DNA from: a virus
Lineage: Duplodnaviria > Heunggongvirae > Uroviricota > Caudoviricetes
DNA length: 37,344 nt
IMG/VR virus record: IMGVR_UViG_2778261692_000005
Strand: one strand, 5' to 3'
Below, in pieces: positions 1 through 9,001 of this stretch. Below the pieces are notes generated by a model. It was not told the origin of the DNA, did not search any database, and saw only the letters and a list, made by a program, of their open reading frames with translations. Every line of letters starts with the position of its first letter. Position 1 is the first letter of the stretch. The translations under genes and the position numbers were made by a program.

Positions 1-549
1 ATGCAATTTAATATCCCTACGTTGCTTACACTGTTCCGTGTCATCCTTATCCCATTCTTTGTATTGGTCTTTTATCTGCCTGTCACCTGGTCGCCGTTTG
101 CCGCCGCGCTCATTTTCTGCGTCGCGGCGGTGACTGACTGGTTCGATGGTTTTCTGGCACGCCGCTGGAACCAGAGTACCCGGTTTGGTGCTTTCCTTGA
201 CCCTGTGGCAGATAAAGTTCTCGTGGCTATCGCCATGGTGCTGGTAACCGAGCATTATCACAGCTGGTGGGTGACATTACCGGCGGCAACGATGATCGCC
301 CGTGAAATTATTATTTCTGCGCTACGCGAATGGATGGCGGAGTTGGGTAAACGCAGTAGCGTGGCCGTCTCCTGGATTGGGAAAGTGAAAACCACTGCCC
401 AGATGGTGGCGTTGGCATGGCTGCTGTGGCGTCCGAACATTTGGGTTGAGTACGCCGGTATTGCACTTTTCTTTGTGGCTGCGGTACTGACTCTGTGGTC
501 AATGTTGCAATATTTGAGCGCTGCGCGTGCAGATTTGCTTGATCAGTGA
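1..549 (+). CDS. pgsA: CDP-diacylglycerol--glycerol-3-phosphate 3-phosphatidyltransferase
   Basis: 182-aa ORF whose translation I recognise as full-length enterobacterial PgsA; followed by the gly-cys-leu tRNA cluster as in E. coli. Confidence 0.93.
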
Positions 550-599
550 TCGTTTCGGCGTAATTTTCAGCAAACGATCAAAAGTGGTGAAAAATATCG

Positions 600-627
600 T
601 TGACTCATCGCGCCAGGTAAGTAGAAT
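600..627 (+). promoter_or_regulatory. sigma70 promoter of the tRNA operon (TTGACT-16 bp-TAGAAT) with A/T-rich upstream region and GC-rich discriminator
   Basis: Near-consensus -35/-10 hexamers about 70 bp upstream of the first tRNA; GC-rich stretch after the -10 is typical of stringently controlled stable-RNA promoters. Confidence 0.5.
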
Positions 628-700
628 GCAACGCATCGAACGGCGGCACTGATTGCCAGACGATAATAAAATCAAGTGATTAACTGATTGCTTGATGAAT

Positions 701-776
<76 letters not shown>

Positions 777-830
777 GTTTAAAAGACATCGGCGTCAAGC
801 GGATGTCTGGCTGAAAGGCCTGAAGAATTT

Positions 831-904
831 GGCGCGTTAACAAAGCGGTTATGTAGCGGATTGCAAATCCGTCTAGTCCGGTTCGACTCCGGAACGCGCC
901 TCCA
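831..904 (+). tRNA. cysT: tRNA-Cys (anticodon GCA)
   Basis: 74-nt sequence GGCGCGTTAACAAAGCGG...TCCA, anticodon loop TTGCAAA, T-arm GGTTCGACTCC. Confidence 0.93.
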
Positions 905-916
905 CTTTCTTCCCGA

Positions 917-1003
917 GCCCGGATGGTGGAATCGGTAGACACAAGGGATTTAAAATCCCTCGGCGTTCGCGCTGTGCGGGTTCAAGTCCCGCTCCGGGTA
1001 CCA
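917..1003 (+). tRNA. leuZ: tRNA-Leu (anticodon TAA), long variable arm
   Basis: 87-nt sequence GCCCGGATGGTGGAATCGGTAGACACAAGGGATTTAAAATCCC...GGGTACCA; class II tRNA with extra arm. Confidence 0.93.
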
Positions 1004-1045
1004 TGGGAAAGATAAGAATAAAATCAAAGCAATAAGCAGTGTCGT

Positions 1046-1072
1046 GAAACCACCTTCGGGTGGTTTTTTTGT
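1046..1072 (+). terminator. rho-independent terminator of the tRNA operon
   Basis: GC stem AACCACC-TTCG-GGTGGTT followed by a T7 run. Confidence 0.7.
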
Positions 1073-1207
1073 ATTTGTATTTTGTTAAATGGCGGTAAAG
1101 TGGCGATGGTGTGGCGATATGCAGAAATAATAATAGTACACGTCTGTTTAAACTCTAAGGGTGAAGCAAAACTCTCTTGCAACTCATCTGCATTTCGCAT
1201 ATTGAAC

Positions 1208-1310
1208 TAGGGCCTTGGTTAAACCAAAGTTTTTTCGGGGATCTTCCCACTCAACTTCATTTTTCCTCCTACCATCCACCAAAAGGTGTCTGCGCTACTC
1301 TATCTTTTTT
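1208..1310 (+). repeat. copy A of a diverged ~105-bp direct repeat (copy B at 2211-2323)
   Basis: TAGGGCCTTGGTTAAACCAAAGTTTTTTCGGGG...CCATCCACCAAAAGG...CTATCTTTTTT aligns by eye at roughly 75-85% identity with 2211-2323; both copies end in a T-run. Confidence 0.5.
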
Positions 1311-1543
1311 AATCTGACAACATCCTGAGAAAAAGACAAATTCGTTAGATTTACTGTCTTTCTGCTGCCTCGAATGCTGATGTCTGCAGCACTGATAATA
1401 ACTCTATCTCTTTGATATAGATCTTTTTTTTGATGAATTGCACGGCATATTATCGTGATGGCACCTTCTTGTTAAAGGTGTTGTACTCCTCATCTCGATT
1501 TTATGATGTGGGCTATGATTGGTTAGTAATAGAGTGTATCGGT

Positions 1544-1825
1544 ATGCGATGTGGTTTATTAATGGCAATCTGCCTTTGTTTGGTATCTTTTAGTGGGTAT
1601 GCAGCAACAGGAAAGTCAGATGCTCAGATCAAGAAAGAAATAATTAAAGAATCCATTGAATCTTATCCAGGCAATTGTGCGTGTCCGTATAATCATGCAA
1701 GGAATGGTAGTAGATGTGGTGGACGCAGTGCATATAGCCGTACTGGAGGGTATGACGTGGTATGTTATGAAAGTGATGTTACCGATGAAATGATCCGGCA
1801 ATGGAAGCAGGAGAATGCTGAGTAA
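1544..1825 (+). CDS. small secreted cysteine-rich protein of unknown function
   Basis: Internal start MRCGLLMAICLCLVSFSGYAA gives a typical Sec signal peptide; mature part has C-x-C-P-Y-N...C-G-G-R-S-A-Y...C-Y motifs; region looks AT-rich. Start uncertain (track ORF begins at 1430). Confidence 0.45.
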   Translation: MRCGLLMAICLCLVSFSGYAATGKSDAQIKKEIIKESIESYPGNCACPYNHARNGSRCGGRSAYSRTGGYDVVCYESDVTDEMIRQWKQENAE

Positions 1826-1892
1826 TCTCTTTTAACTGATTTGTTGTGCGAGCATTATGTGCAGTTAACGGCTCACTAGCTAGTGAGAGTTC

Positions 1893-1935
1893 CAAAAAGA
1901 AACCCCGCAGTTTTTACGCTGCGGGGTTGTTATTC
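1893..1935. terminator. bidirectional rho-independent terminator
   Basis: Stem CCCCGCAG/CTGCGGGG flanked by an A-run upstream and T-rich run downstream; sits between convergent genes 1544-1825 (+) and hok-like 2015-2155 (-). Confidence 0.6.
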
Positions 1936-2014
1936 ATGCCTATGAGATAGGGTGCCTTATCGGCCTTACCCTAGCAACCGATTGACGGGGAGTTGCCTCC
2001 CCGCCGCGGTTTCC

Positions 2015-2155
2015 TTACTGCTTACACTGTAAGAACGCCGCAAACTCCGCTCCCCAGAAGCTCATCCGTATTTCACACAGCGAACCGTGCAGCATCCAGA
2101 TGATGAGGATTACCGTCACGCAGAACGTGATGGCCGTAAGCGATTTTTGCGACAT
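2015..2155 (-). CDS. Hok/Gef-family type I toxin homologue (46 aa)
   Basis: Unlisted small ORF MSQKSLTAITFCVTVILIIWMLHGSLCEIRMSFWGAEFAAFLQCKQ: N-terminal TM helix then SLCEIR and E-x-AAF motifs matching Hok (…[22 protein letters not shown]); RBS AAGGAG 8 nt upstream of ATG. Confidence 0.6.
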   Translation of the reverse strand: MSQKSLTAITFCVTVILIIWMLHGSLCEIRMSFWGAEFAAFLQCKQ

Positions 2156-2210
2156 AGCGCTTGCTCCTTTGTTGGAGAGGCGCTAACCTATCACTTGCTA
2201 GGTTGACGGG

Positions 2211-2323
2211 TTAGGGCCTCGGTTAAACAGAAATGTTTTCCGGGGCCTTTCCACATCCGGCCTTCGGGTATTCCCTCCGACCATCAGCCGAAAGGCACCC
2301 GCACGTAATCTATCGCTTTTTTG
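2211..2323 (+). repeat. copy B of the ~105-bp diverged direct repeat; lies in the hok-like leader/upstream region and may encode an antisense RNA
   Basis: Aligns with 1208-1310; ends in CTATCGCTTTTTTG; positioned opposite the hok-like 5' region. Confidence 0.45.
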
Positions 2324-2344
2324 TTACTCCGGCAATTCTGCCTG

Positions 2345-2605
2345 TTAATTCTGAGGTAAAGGCAAACTCATCTGATTGTTTCCCCTGTGTGAAGCTGGCA
2401 GCTCATGCCACGGGATACCTTCTGATGAGTGAACGCCGGAGGCGTGTTTCGATGTGAATTTATGGAAAGCTTCCAGTGTTGAGAAGCATACGCCGCATTC
2501 CAGGTTGTTACACTGGTAATACTTTTGCCGCACGGTGTTTGAATCATTTTCCGGACGACTGGTGCGGATACGGGCAGATGCGCCACAAAGCGGACAACGG
2601 AACAT
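2345..2605 (-). CDS. ogr: Ogr/Delta-family zinc-finger late-gene transcription activator
   Basis: MFRCPLCGASARIRTSR...YYQCNNLEC matches the P2 Ogr start MFHCPLC... and its Cys4 spacing; RBS AGGGAGG 5 nt upstream. Confidence 0.85.
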   Translation of the reverse strand: MFRCPLCGASARIRTSRPENDSNTVRQKYYQCNNLECGVCFSTLEAFHKFTSKHASGVHSSEGIPWHELPASHRGNNQMSLPLPQN

Positions 2606-2647
2606 AGCGACCTCCCTTAACGTGGTGCTGCCGCTATTCTAAGTTGC

Positions 2648-3757
2648 TCACTCTGTTTCCGCTATCCATTCCGGGATTTTTGCCTCAAGCTCAAGCTGCG
2701 TGGTAAAGCCGCTGTTATCAATGGTGTGCTCGGCTTTTGCAATAATCCAGTCCTGATTATCAATCTCGCTTTTAAATCCTGTTACCGTGCCATGCATTTC
2801 GGGGTAGAGTTCTGCGCGTCCACGTGCCAGCGTGATGGAGAATGATGCGGCTCCGCGTTGTAGCTGCTGCCACTTTGCCGCCGCTGCGCGTCTTGCTGCC
2901 TGCTCGTTCTGATAAGTCTTGCGTAACACAAACACATTGCCTTCTGCGCCTTCCATATAATCACCTTCACGGCTGCTGCTTTTCTCCTTTTTGGGTTTTG
3001 GCGGTTTGCGGCGTTTCACGCTGACTTTTTTCTTTTTCCCGTAATTAAGATCAAGCCAGTAGGCGCGTACCCCCGTATACGCCTCGCGGTCAGCAATGCG
3101 GAACTGATGGCGATCGCCGCTGCTGCGTGTAATGGCGAACGAGGGCAACGGCTGGCCCTGTGCGTTCACGCCACCACCTGGCATGATGAATAACAGATTG
3201 CCGCTTTTTACCGTGGTGATTGCGCCCAGCATTTCCGCCATGCGCGTAAGGAAGGACATGTCACTTTCTTCGGTCTGGTCGGCGTGGTCGATTTCGATAT
3301 CCATCAGCATTTCGCTGATTTGCGGTTTCAGACCGTACCGATGAGCGATGGCGGATACCACTCGCTCAACGGTCACATCATGCCAGGACACCTCACGTTT
3401 AACGTTAAATTCATCCCGAAAATCTGCGCTTCTGGCTGAAACCGTCAGCCTGTCCGGCGGTCCTTCGTGAGCGATTTCATCAACAATGTAAGTGCCTTTT
3501 TCTGTCAGCGGTTCGCCTTTCCAGCCAATGAGAACCGTCAGGCGCGCGCCCCGTGGCGGTAGCTGCAACTGACCATCCGCATCATCCAGCGTGATGGTGA
3601 GCTGGTCCGCTTCAAATCCCCGGTTGTCGGTCAGTGACAGGCTCATTAGGCGCTCTGCCACGCCGGACAGTGTTTCCCCCTCCGCGAGAATATCAAAATC
3701 CGGCATTTTCACGGGGTCTGTGCTCTGACTGAGCAATTGCATGGTGGTGTCGGTCAT
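2648..3757 (-). CDS. D: tail protein D (late control gene D family)
   Basis: Start placed at MTDTTMQLLSQS (RBS GGAGGGAG upstream) rather than the track ORF start; translation recognised as the gpD family. Confidence 0.88.
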   Translation of the reverse strand: MTDTTMQLLSQSTDPVKMPDFDILAEGETLSGVAERLMSLSLTDNRGFEADQLTITLDDADGQLQLPPRGARLTVLIGWKGEPLTEKGTYIVDEIAHEGPPDRLTVSARSADFRDEFNVKREVSWHDVTVERVVSAIAHRYGLKPQISEMLMDIEIDHADQTEESDMSFLTRMAEMLGAITTVKSGNLLFIMPGGGVNAQGQPLPSFAITRSSGDRHQFRIADREAYTGVRAYWLDLNYGKKKKVSVKRRKPPKPKKEKSSSREGDYMEGAEGNVFVLRKTYQNEQAARRAAAAKWQQLQRGAASFSITLARGRAELYPEMHGTVTGFKSEIDNQDWIIAKAEHTIDNSGFTTQLELEAKIPEWIAETE

Positions 3758-3914
3758 CTGCTCCCTCCCTGTGTGGCATGGTCGCATGTGCGTGCGGAGG
3801 GGGTTACTGCTTTTTGTTGTCGCCGTGGCGGGAGAACGGCGCAGGGGTGAGATTACGCGCGTGGTGGGTGATGATTGTTGCCGAATCATTTAACGGATAC
3901 AAGGGGCTGAAGCT
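3758..3914. promoter_or_regulatory. divergent late promoter region between D (-) and FI (+)
   Basis: 157-bp intergenic region between divergently transcribed late operons; no Ogr TGT-N12-ACA site confidently identified. Confidence 0.35.
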
Positions 3915-5099
3915 ATGAGTGAAACTCGTTTTCATGGTGCCCGTGTTACGGAAAATACCGACCTGGTAACAGCGATTAACGATGTTGATTCCAGCGTTAT
4001 CGGTATCGTGGCAACGGCGGATGATGCGGACGCGAAGTTGTTCCCGCTGAACAAGCCCACACTGCTGACCCGCGTCAATGACGTGCTGGGAAAATGCGGA
4101 ACAACGGGGACGCTTTATCGTGCGCTTAAGGCCATCGCAGACCAGGTGAGCACAAAGGTGATCGTCGTTCGCGTGGCTGAACACAAAGAAGAAGACGAAA
4201 AGACGCAGGATCAACTGGTTATCGGTGGTTCTGAGGATGACGGCAGCTATACGGGGATGTATGCGCTGCTTGTTGCAGAGCAGGATGAAAGCATCGGATA
4301 CCGTCCGCGTATTCTGGCCGCGCCGGAGCTGGACACGGAGGCGGTGACAAAATCCCTGTGCGTGATTGCGGGTAAACTGCGCGCATTTGTGTATGCCTCA
4401 TGTCACGGCTGTAACACGATGGCTGAAGCGATTACCTACCGCCAGAAATTCAACGAACGTGAAGTGATGCTCTTATGGCCGGACTTCATCGCCTACAACC
4501 CGAAAAGTGGCGAAAACGAAACGTTCCCCGCGCCTGCTTATGCGTGCGGCCTTCGTGCGTACATTGACCATGAGCAGGGCTGGCACAAATCGCTGTCCAA
4601 CGTTCCGGTTAAAAATGTGCTGGGGATGTCGAGGCATGTGTTCTGGTCGTTGCAGGCCGAAGACAGCGATGCCAACAGCCTCAACAACAAAGAAATCACG
4701 ACCATTATTCGTCGCAACGGGTTCCGCTTCTGGGGCAACCGCACACCGGAAACGAACGCCTACATTTTTGAGGTGTATACCCGAACCGCACAGGTGCTGG
4801 CTGATTCAATTGCGGAAGCGCAGTTTGAAACCATCGACAGTCCACTGACGCCTGCGAACGTGAAGGATGTTATCAGTGCCATCAGGGCAAAACTGGATTC
4901 ACTGGTGACTGCCGGGAAACTGATTGGCGCGGAGTGCTGGTATGACGTGGTGGATAACAGCACCACGGATTTACGTCAGGGGCGTGTGCGTATTCGCTAC
5001 AAATATACGCCTGTTCCCCCGCTGGAAGACATGGAGCTTTACCAGACGTTTACTGATGAATACTTTGAACCCGCATTTGCGGTGCTGGGAGGTGCCTGA
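3915..5099 (+). CDS. FI: contractile tail sheath protein
   Basis: 394 aa; N-terminus MSETRFHGARVTE...FPLNKPTLLTRVND parallels P2 FI (…HGVQV…FPLNKPVLIT); RBS AAGGGG. Confidence 0.9.
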   Translation: MSETRFHGARVTENTDLVTAINDVDSSVIGIVATADDADAKLFPLNKPTLLTRVNDVLGKCGTTGTLYRALKAIADQVSTKVIVVRVAEHKEEDEKTQDQLVIGGSEDDGSYTGMYALLVAEQDESIGYRPRILAAPELDTEAVTKSLCVIAGKLRAFVYASCHGCNTMAEAITYRQKFNEREVMLLWPDFIAYNPKSGENETFPAPAYACGLRAYIDHEQGWHKSLSNVPVKNVLGMSRHVFWSLQAEDSDANSLNNKEITTIIRRNGFRFWGNRTPETNAYIFEVYTRTAQVLADSIAEAQFETIDSPLTPANVKDVISAIRAKLDSLVTAGKLIGAECWYDVVDNSTTDLRQGRVRIRYKYTPVPPLEDMELYQTFTDEYFEPAFAVLGGA

Positions 5100-5611
5100 T
5101 GGCTGTGCCAAAACATCTTCGCTTTTTTACGCTGTTTGTGGATGGTGAAAACGAAGTGGGTAAGGTGACGTCCGTCACTCTGCCTAAGCTGACGCGCAAA
5201 ACCGACAGCTACCGGGGTGGCGGCATGATGGGGGCGGTAAGTATTGATCTCGGTCTGGACGACTCCGCGCTTGATGCGAGCTTTGTCATGGGGGGCGCAG
5301 TTCGTGAGCTGTTCCTTAAGTATGGCGGCACGATTGACGGCACGCTGCTGCGTTTTGCGGGTGAATACTACACCGATGCAGAAAGCGACCTGTATGAAGT
5401 CGAAATGCGCGGACGCGTGACGGAAATTGATATGGGGGAAGCCAAACAGGGCGAAGCCACATCACACACTTACGCCATTAAAAACACCTACTACAAGCTG
5501 AGTGTTAACGATCGTCCGTTGTGGGAGATTGACCTGCTGAACTTCATTTACCGGAAGGACGGCAAGGACATTGTGCCCGATCGCATCCGTTCCGCGCTTG
5601 GGCTTGGCTGA
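5099..5611 (+). CDS. FII: tail tube protein
   Basis: 170 aa, start overlaps FI stop (TGATG); recognised as the P2 FII tail tube family. Confidence 0.88.
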   Translation: MAVPKHLRFFTLFVDGENEVGKVTSVTLPKLTRKTDSYRGGGMMGAVSIDLGLDDSALDASFVMGGAVRELFLKYGGTIDGTLLRFAGEYYTDAESDLYEVEMRGRVTEIDMGEAKQGEATSHTYAIKNTYYKLSVNDRPLWEIDLLNFIYRKDGKDIVPDRIRSALGLG

Positions 5612-5665
5612 TAAGTAATATGCAGGCGGCGCAGTGCGTCGCCTCTGACTGAAAGGAGTTTCCTG

Positions 5666-6031
5666 ATGAAAGAGACGAAAAACATCGATACCGAAAACAC
5701 GGTAGTTGCTGACACTGTGAAAGAAACCAGTGAGCGTGGCGTAAAACTTACCCAACCAATTGAGCGAGGCGGCGAAAAAATCACGTATGTGGAGATCACC
5801 GGGGCTATTGAGCAGGCTGGATCTCTGCGAGATTTGTCGCTGTCTGATGTGCTGAATCTGAAAGCGGAATCCATGTTTACGCTGCTGTCACGCGTGACAT
5901 CACCGCGACTGGATGAAGTGACGATCAAAAAAATGGCATCCCGTGACTTTATTCAGTTATGTGTGGTTGCCGTAAATTTTTTGAGCGGTGCGGACTCTGG
6001 CGGGAAGAACGAACAGGCGACGGAAGCCTGA
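5666..6031 (+). CDS. E: tail assembly chaperone E
   Basis: 121 aa, RBS AAAGGAG; position between tube and tape measure; contains slippery TTTTTTG near the 3' end. Confidence 0.8.
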   Translation: MKETKNIDTENTVVADTVKETSERGVKLTQPIERGGEKITYVEITGAIEQAGSLRDLSLSDVLNLKAESMFTLLSRVTSPRLDEVTIKKMASRDFIQLCVVAVNFLSGADSGGKNEQATEA

Positions 6032-6195
6032 TCACGGTTGTGTGCTTTGAGCACATAGAAGACTTTGTGGCAGATATTGCCGTTATTTTTAACTGGTCGC
6101 CCGCCGAAATCTTCATGATGACGCCCGGCGAAGTGGTTAGCTGGCGTGAGCGGGCGGCACTTCGCAGCGGGAATGCAGACAATGAAGACTCTTGA
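5666..6195 (+). CDS. tail assembly chaperone E+E' fusion made by programmed -1 frameshift at TTTTTTG (about 5977-5983)
   Basis: The -1 frame ORF 5959-6195 overlaps the E 3' end and continues past the E stop; heptamer T TTT TTG is in the correct phase for a -1 slip. Confidence 0.6.
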
Positions 6196-8989
6196 TATCC
6201 GGGTCGCTTTCAGCGCCGTTGACAGGCTGACCCGGCCTGCCGAAAACGCCCGCCGCCTGATGGGGCAGTTTGGTGACTCCATCCAGCGAACGCAGGGGGC
6301 GATCAAAAATCTCGAGCGTCAGGCGCGTTCATTTGAGCGCGCCCGCGACGCTGTCAGTAAAGCGGATGCGGGTATCGTGAAAGCACGACGCCAGCTTAAC
6401 GCCCTTAATCAGTTACAACGCACGGGTACAGTGCTCAGCGAAAAACAACAAAAGCTGATGCAGCAGTTAAGCACCCGGCTTGAACGCCTGAATGAATCGC
6501 GCACGCGGGAAATTCAGAAAATGCGGGAGCTTGGCGGAGAGCTGAAACGCCACGGCATTTCCCTGACAGGCAGCGATAACACCATCCAGCAGGCCATCAG
6601 ACGCACCGAACAGTACAACAACCAGCTTGAACGCGAACGGCAGGCGCTTGCGCGTGTAACGCGGGCGCGTGAGCGGTATTCGCGCGCGCAGGAAACAGCG
6701 GGAAAACTGAAAACAGGTGGTGCACTGGCAATTGGTGCGGCAGCGGCGGGCGGCTATGCTGCCGGGCGTTTTTTGCAGCCTGCGATCGGGTTCGGCAAAG
6801 AGATGTCCCGCGTTCAGGCACTGACGCGAATCGACCAGAACAGCCCGCAGTTTAAGGCGCTGCGTGAGCAGGCGTTAAAACTTGGCTCTGAAACGCAGTT
6901 CACCGCAGGCGATGCCGCCAGTGGACAGGCATTTCTTGCAATGGCTGGCTTCACTCCGCAGGCCATTCAGGCTGCGCTTCCCGGCGTGCTGAGCATGGCA
7001 ACGGCTGGCGGTATGGATCTCGGCGAGACGGCAGATATTGGCTCAAATATCCTGACGCAGTTCGGCCTTTCTGCTGACCAGATGGACCGGGTCGGTGACA
7101 CACTCACCGCAGCGTTTACCCGTACCAACACTGACCTTCGCGCACTGGGCGAAACCATGAAATATGCAGGTCCGGTGGCGGGTAAGCTGGGAATATCGCT
7201 GGAGCAGGCCGCAGCGATGGCGGGCGTGCTGGCGAATATGGGCATCAGAGGGAGTGATGCCGGGACGGCAATGCGTGCCAGCCTGGCTCGTCTGGCATCA
7301 CCGCCAAAGGCGGCGGCAGAAGCTCTGAAAGAGCTGGGCGTGTCCGTCTCGGATGCCAGGGGCAAAATGCGCCCGATGGAAGATCTGCTGGCTGACCTTT
7401 ATAAAGCTACCCGCAAATACGGGGAAGTTGACCGGGTATCCTTCTTTAAGGACATCGCCGGGGAAGAGGCTTTCACATCGTTTATGGCACTCGTTGATGC
7501 GGCGGGTGACGGTTCCTTACCCAAACTGAGAAAAGAACTTGAGGGCGCACGCGGTGAGGCTGAACGCACGGCAAAGGTTATGGCCGACAACCTTGATGGC
7601 GACCTGAAAAATCTCGACAGCGCATGGGAAGGTCTTCGTATTCGCATCAGTGATCTGGTTGACGGTCCGCTGCGTTCTGTCACGCAGTGGCTAACACGGG
7701 TGGTCTCAAAGGTGACGGTACTGGCGCAGGCCCATCCTGTACTGACGCGCCAGCTACTGATTGCAGGCGGTGCGCTGCTGGCAGTGACTGCAACCGTAGG
7801 CTCGTTGTCGCTTGCTCTTGGTGTGCTTGCTGGCCCGCTGGCAAAACTGCGTCTTGGTTTTTCCCTCCTGACCGGATCAATGAATGCTGTCAGGCTCCTG
7901 CCAGCACTATGGGGAATGGTGACGGGTTCCGTTTCTTTGCTGGGAGGTGCTATCGGGGCGCTGTTCAGTCCGGTTGGTCTTATCGTGGCTGCGCTTGCCG
8001 GAGCTGCCATTCTTATCTGGAAATATTGGGATCCCATCAGGGCATTTTTTGCCGGGGTGTTCAGCGGAATTATGGAAAGGCTGACCCCGTTGCGCGAAAC
8101 CTTTGAACGGTTTGGTCCTGTTTTTGACGCAATCGGAAGCGGGATCAGCCAGGTGTTTAACTGGTTTAAATCGCTGCTGTCACCGATGGAGTCCAGCAAG
8201 GAAACGCTGGATAAATGTACCAGTGCTGGCGAGATATTCGGTAACGTTCTTGGCGGTGCGTTACAGCTTGTTCTGACACCTGCAAAAATGCTGCTGGATA
8301 CGCTGGCGTGGATACTTGAAAAACTTGGCGTCCTTCCGGATGAAGCGGAAAGGGCGCGCAAGAAAATCGAAGACGCACAGCGTGCGGCCATTCTTCAGGA
8401 CAAGGTTGCCTTGCTTCAGGGGGACCTGGCGAAAATCAATCCGCCGAAGCCTGTGGAAAATGGCAATGGCACCGGAGGTGATAAACCCAAAGACAACAAA
8501 CCGCTCACAGACAGCAATACCGGTACACTACGCAGACTCAGCAAAATTGCTGATAACACAGGTAAGCTGGTTGATGAGACGAAAAAACGCATTGGCCCCG
8601 GCGATATTGTCTTTAAGAACCTGCCCCGCGCACTTGCTGTTCGTGGGGAGTGGCAGGAGCGGAAGATTGCGCAGGTCAGTAAGCCTGCCCCCGCAATTAA
8701 TATTACACCCGTGGTCCCGGCTCCGCTGCCTCCGGCGCTGGTCCCTGTTGTTGCGGCCAGCTCCCGCCCGGTGGCGGAGGCTATACGATCTCCAGTGGCA
8801 TCAGTTCCTGTAACTTCCCGTAACCGGGAGCCTGTTGCCTCCGGATTTGGTGGTGAAATTCATGTTCATCTGCATAACGTTGTTACGCAGAATCCCCGCG
8901 AACTGGCGAAACTGGTCGGTGAAATGGTCAGGGCAGAAATGGAACGGCGCGCCCGTGCCGGGCGTGGCAGTTTTTACGATAAAGATTGA
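6182..8989 (+). CDS. T: tail tape measure protein
   Basis: About 940 aa, coiled-coil N-terminal half, Gly/Ala-rich TM-like central segments, located after E/E'. Start uncertain (GTG 6146, ATG 6173 or ATG 6182). Confidence 0.85.
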   Translation: MKTLDIRVAFSAVDRLTRPAENARRLMGQFGDSIQRTQGAIKNLERQARSFERARDAVSKADAGIVKARRQLNALNQLQRTGTVLSEKQQKLMQQLSTRLERLNESRTREIQKMRELGGELKRHGISLTGSDNTIQQAIRRTEQYNNQLERERQALARVTRARERYSRAQETAGKLKTGGALAIGAAAAGGYAAGRFLQPAIGFGKEMSRVQALTRIDQNSPQFKALREQALKLGSETQFTAGDAASGQAFLAMAGFTPQAIQAALPGVLSMATAGGMDLGETADIGSNILTQFGLSADQMDRVGDTLTAAFTRTNTDLRALGETMKYAGPVAGKLGISLEQAAAMAGVLANMGIRGSDAGTAMRASLARLASPPKAAAEALKELGVSVSDARGKMRPMEDLLADLYKATRKYGEVDRVSFFKDIAGEEAFTSFMALVDAAGDGSLPKLRKELEGARGEAERTAKVMADNLDGDLKNLDSAWEGLRIRISDLVDGPLRSVTQWLTRVVSKVTVLAQAHPVLTRQLLIAGGALLAVTATVGSLSLALGVLAGPLAKLRLGFSLLTGSMNAVRLLPALWGMVTGSVSLLGGAIGALFSPVGLIVAALAGAAILIWKYWDPIRAFFAGVFSGIMERLTPLRETFERFGPVFDAIGSGISQVFNWFKSLLSPMESSKETLDKCTSAGEIFGNVLGGALQLVLTPAKMLLDTLAWILEKLGVLPDEAERARKKIEDAQRAAILQDKVALLQGDLAKINPPKPVENGNGTGGDKPKDNKPLTDSNTGTLRRLSKIADNTGKLVDETKKRIGPGDIVFKNLPRALAVRGEWQERKIAQVSKPAPAINITPVVPAPLPPALVPVVAASSRPVAEAIRSPVASVPVTSRNREPVASGFGGEIHVHLHNVVTQNPRELAKLVGEMVRAEMERRARAGRGSFYDKD

Positions 8990-9001
8990 GGAGTCATGGC
9001 C

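Noticed and set aside
1077-1200. 58-codon minus-strand ORF between the tRNA terminator and repeat copy A
   Set aside because: No RBS, runs into the tRNA operon terminator, no recognisable features; considered as a second hok-like gene but it does not resemble one.
2156-2345. Search for a mok-like reading frame overlapping the hok-like start
   Set aside because: Only a 28-codon upstream ORF that terminates before hok was found; no overlapping mok-type frame, so the canonical mok-hok coupling cannot be claimed.
2368-2586. 72-aa minus-strand ORF and 2233-2457 plus-strand ORF around ogr
   Set aside because: Alternative frames of the ogr region; the Ogr zinc-finger frame is the recognisable one.
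3804-4214. 136-aa minus-strand ORF overlapping the FI start
   Set aside because: Overlaps the tail sheath gene and the D start in an implausible way; no RBS.
7399-8391. 330-aa minus-strand ORF, and other antisense ORFs (6967-7365, 7687-8106, 8316-8813), inside the tape measure gene
   Set aside because: Antisense to a well-supported long gene, Ala/Ser/Arg/Pro-rich low-complexity translation, no RBS; typical GC-rich antisense artefacts.
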